From the human T2T-CHM13v2.0 reference genome, Homo sapiens, in assembly GCF_009914755.1 (NCBI RefSeq), contig NC_060940.1: a stretch of DNA of 64,000 nucleotides; one strand, given 5' to 3'. The number at the start of each line of letters is the position of its first letter. Positions within the stretch are counted from its first letter, which is position 1. This document shows, one piece after another, positions 63,345 through 64,000 of this stretch. The notes under the pieces were generated by a model. The model was given only the letters and a program-made list of their open reading frames with translations, made no database searches and was not told where the DNA came from. The position numbers were made by a program, and so were the translations under genes.

Positions 63345-63785
63345 TGAAACCAACCCAATAGTCCCATAGACAGCTTTTTTGGATAAACATAGAAATCAAC
63401 CCTTCTGATCCTAAAGCTTGAAACTTACATTTGTTTTATCTGAGTTCCCCTCTCAGGAAAGGATCCCCAGTCCTCTCAAAAAGTATCAAAGAACTGAAAC
63501 CCACCAGATCATCCCATCCAGACAATGAGACTCAAGGGCCCTCATTCATCATGATTTGCTTCCTTACCCCTTGCATTTGTTTTCCCACACACAATTACAT
63601 TTCTTCCCTGCTATATAAACTCCTAATTTTAGTCCATCAGGGAGATGGATTTGAGACCGATCTCCCGTCTTCTCACCTGCATCACCCGATTAAAGCCTTC
63701 TTCCTTGGCAATAATTGTCTCAGTGATTGGCTTTCTGTGTGGTGAGCAGCATGACCTAGACCAAACCTGTGGTATTTTAATAACA
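63345..63785 (+). mobile_element. Complete ERV1/MER4-group solo LTR (MER65-like)
   Basis: TGAAACC...TAACA termini with a perfect 4-bp TSD GTTT (63341-63344, 63786-63789). TATATAAA ~63612, ATTAAA 63689-63694. Confidence 0.8.
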
Positions 63786-63845
63786 GTTTGAAGAGTGTGA
63801 GTTTGGCCTGAAGGGAGAAGCCATTGATGGCAGGCAGAGATGTAG

Positions 63846-64000
<155 letters not shown>

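Overview
Human genomic DNA, recognisable as the 16q22.1 HSD11B2 / ATP6V0D1 / AGRP locus. Three complete protein-coding genes can be rebuilt exon by exon with GT-AG splice sites. HSD11B2 (+, 5 exons, 4025-9779) gives 405 aa. ATP6V0D1 (-, 8 exons, 53858-11304) gives 351 aa and has a 27 kb intron 1. AGRP (-, 3 coding exons, 56170-55408) gives 132 aa. All three reading frames are intact. The rest is two CpG-island promoters, more than 35 Alu copies or fragments (several nested, one consensus-like AluYa5), old L1/L2/MIR fragments, LTR remnants and CA microsatellites. Nearly all ORFs in the supplied track are spurious. I cannot demonstrate a new biological system from the sequence alone. The best candidate is the 1.4 kb between the AGRP 3' end and the CLEAR-box promoter of ATP6V0D1. 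It holds an ERV1 solo LTR into which a piggyBac MITE (MER85) has inserted, and that MITE keeps an intact CSB-PGBD3 binding palindrome. Other leads are a back-to-back bidirectional poly(A) signal at the HSD11B2 3' end, a phase-compatible AGRP-ATP6V0D1 read-through splice, a competing AGRP splice donor, and an AT-rich 3'UTR-like retrocopy in ATP6V0D1 intron 1. Repeat subfamily names come from memory and need RepeatMasker/Dfam confirmation.
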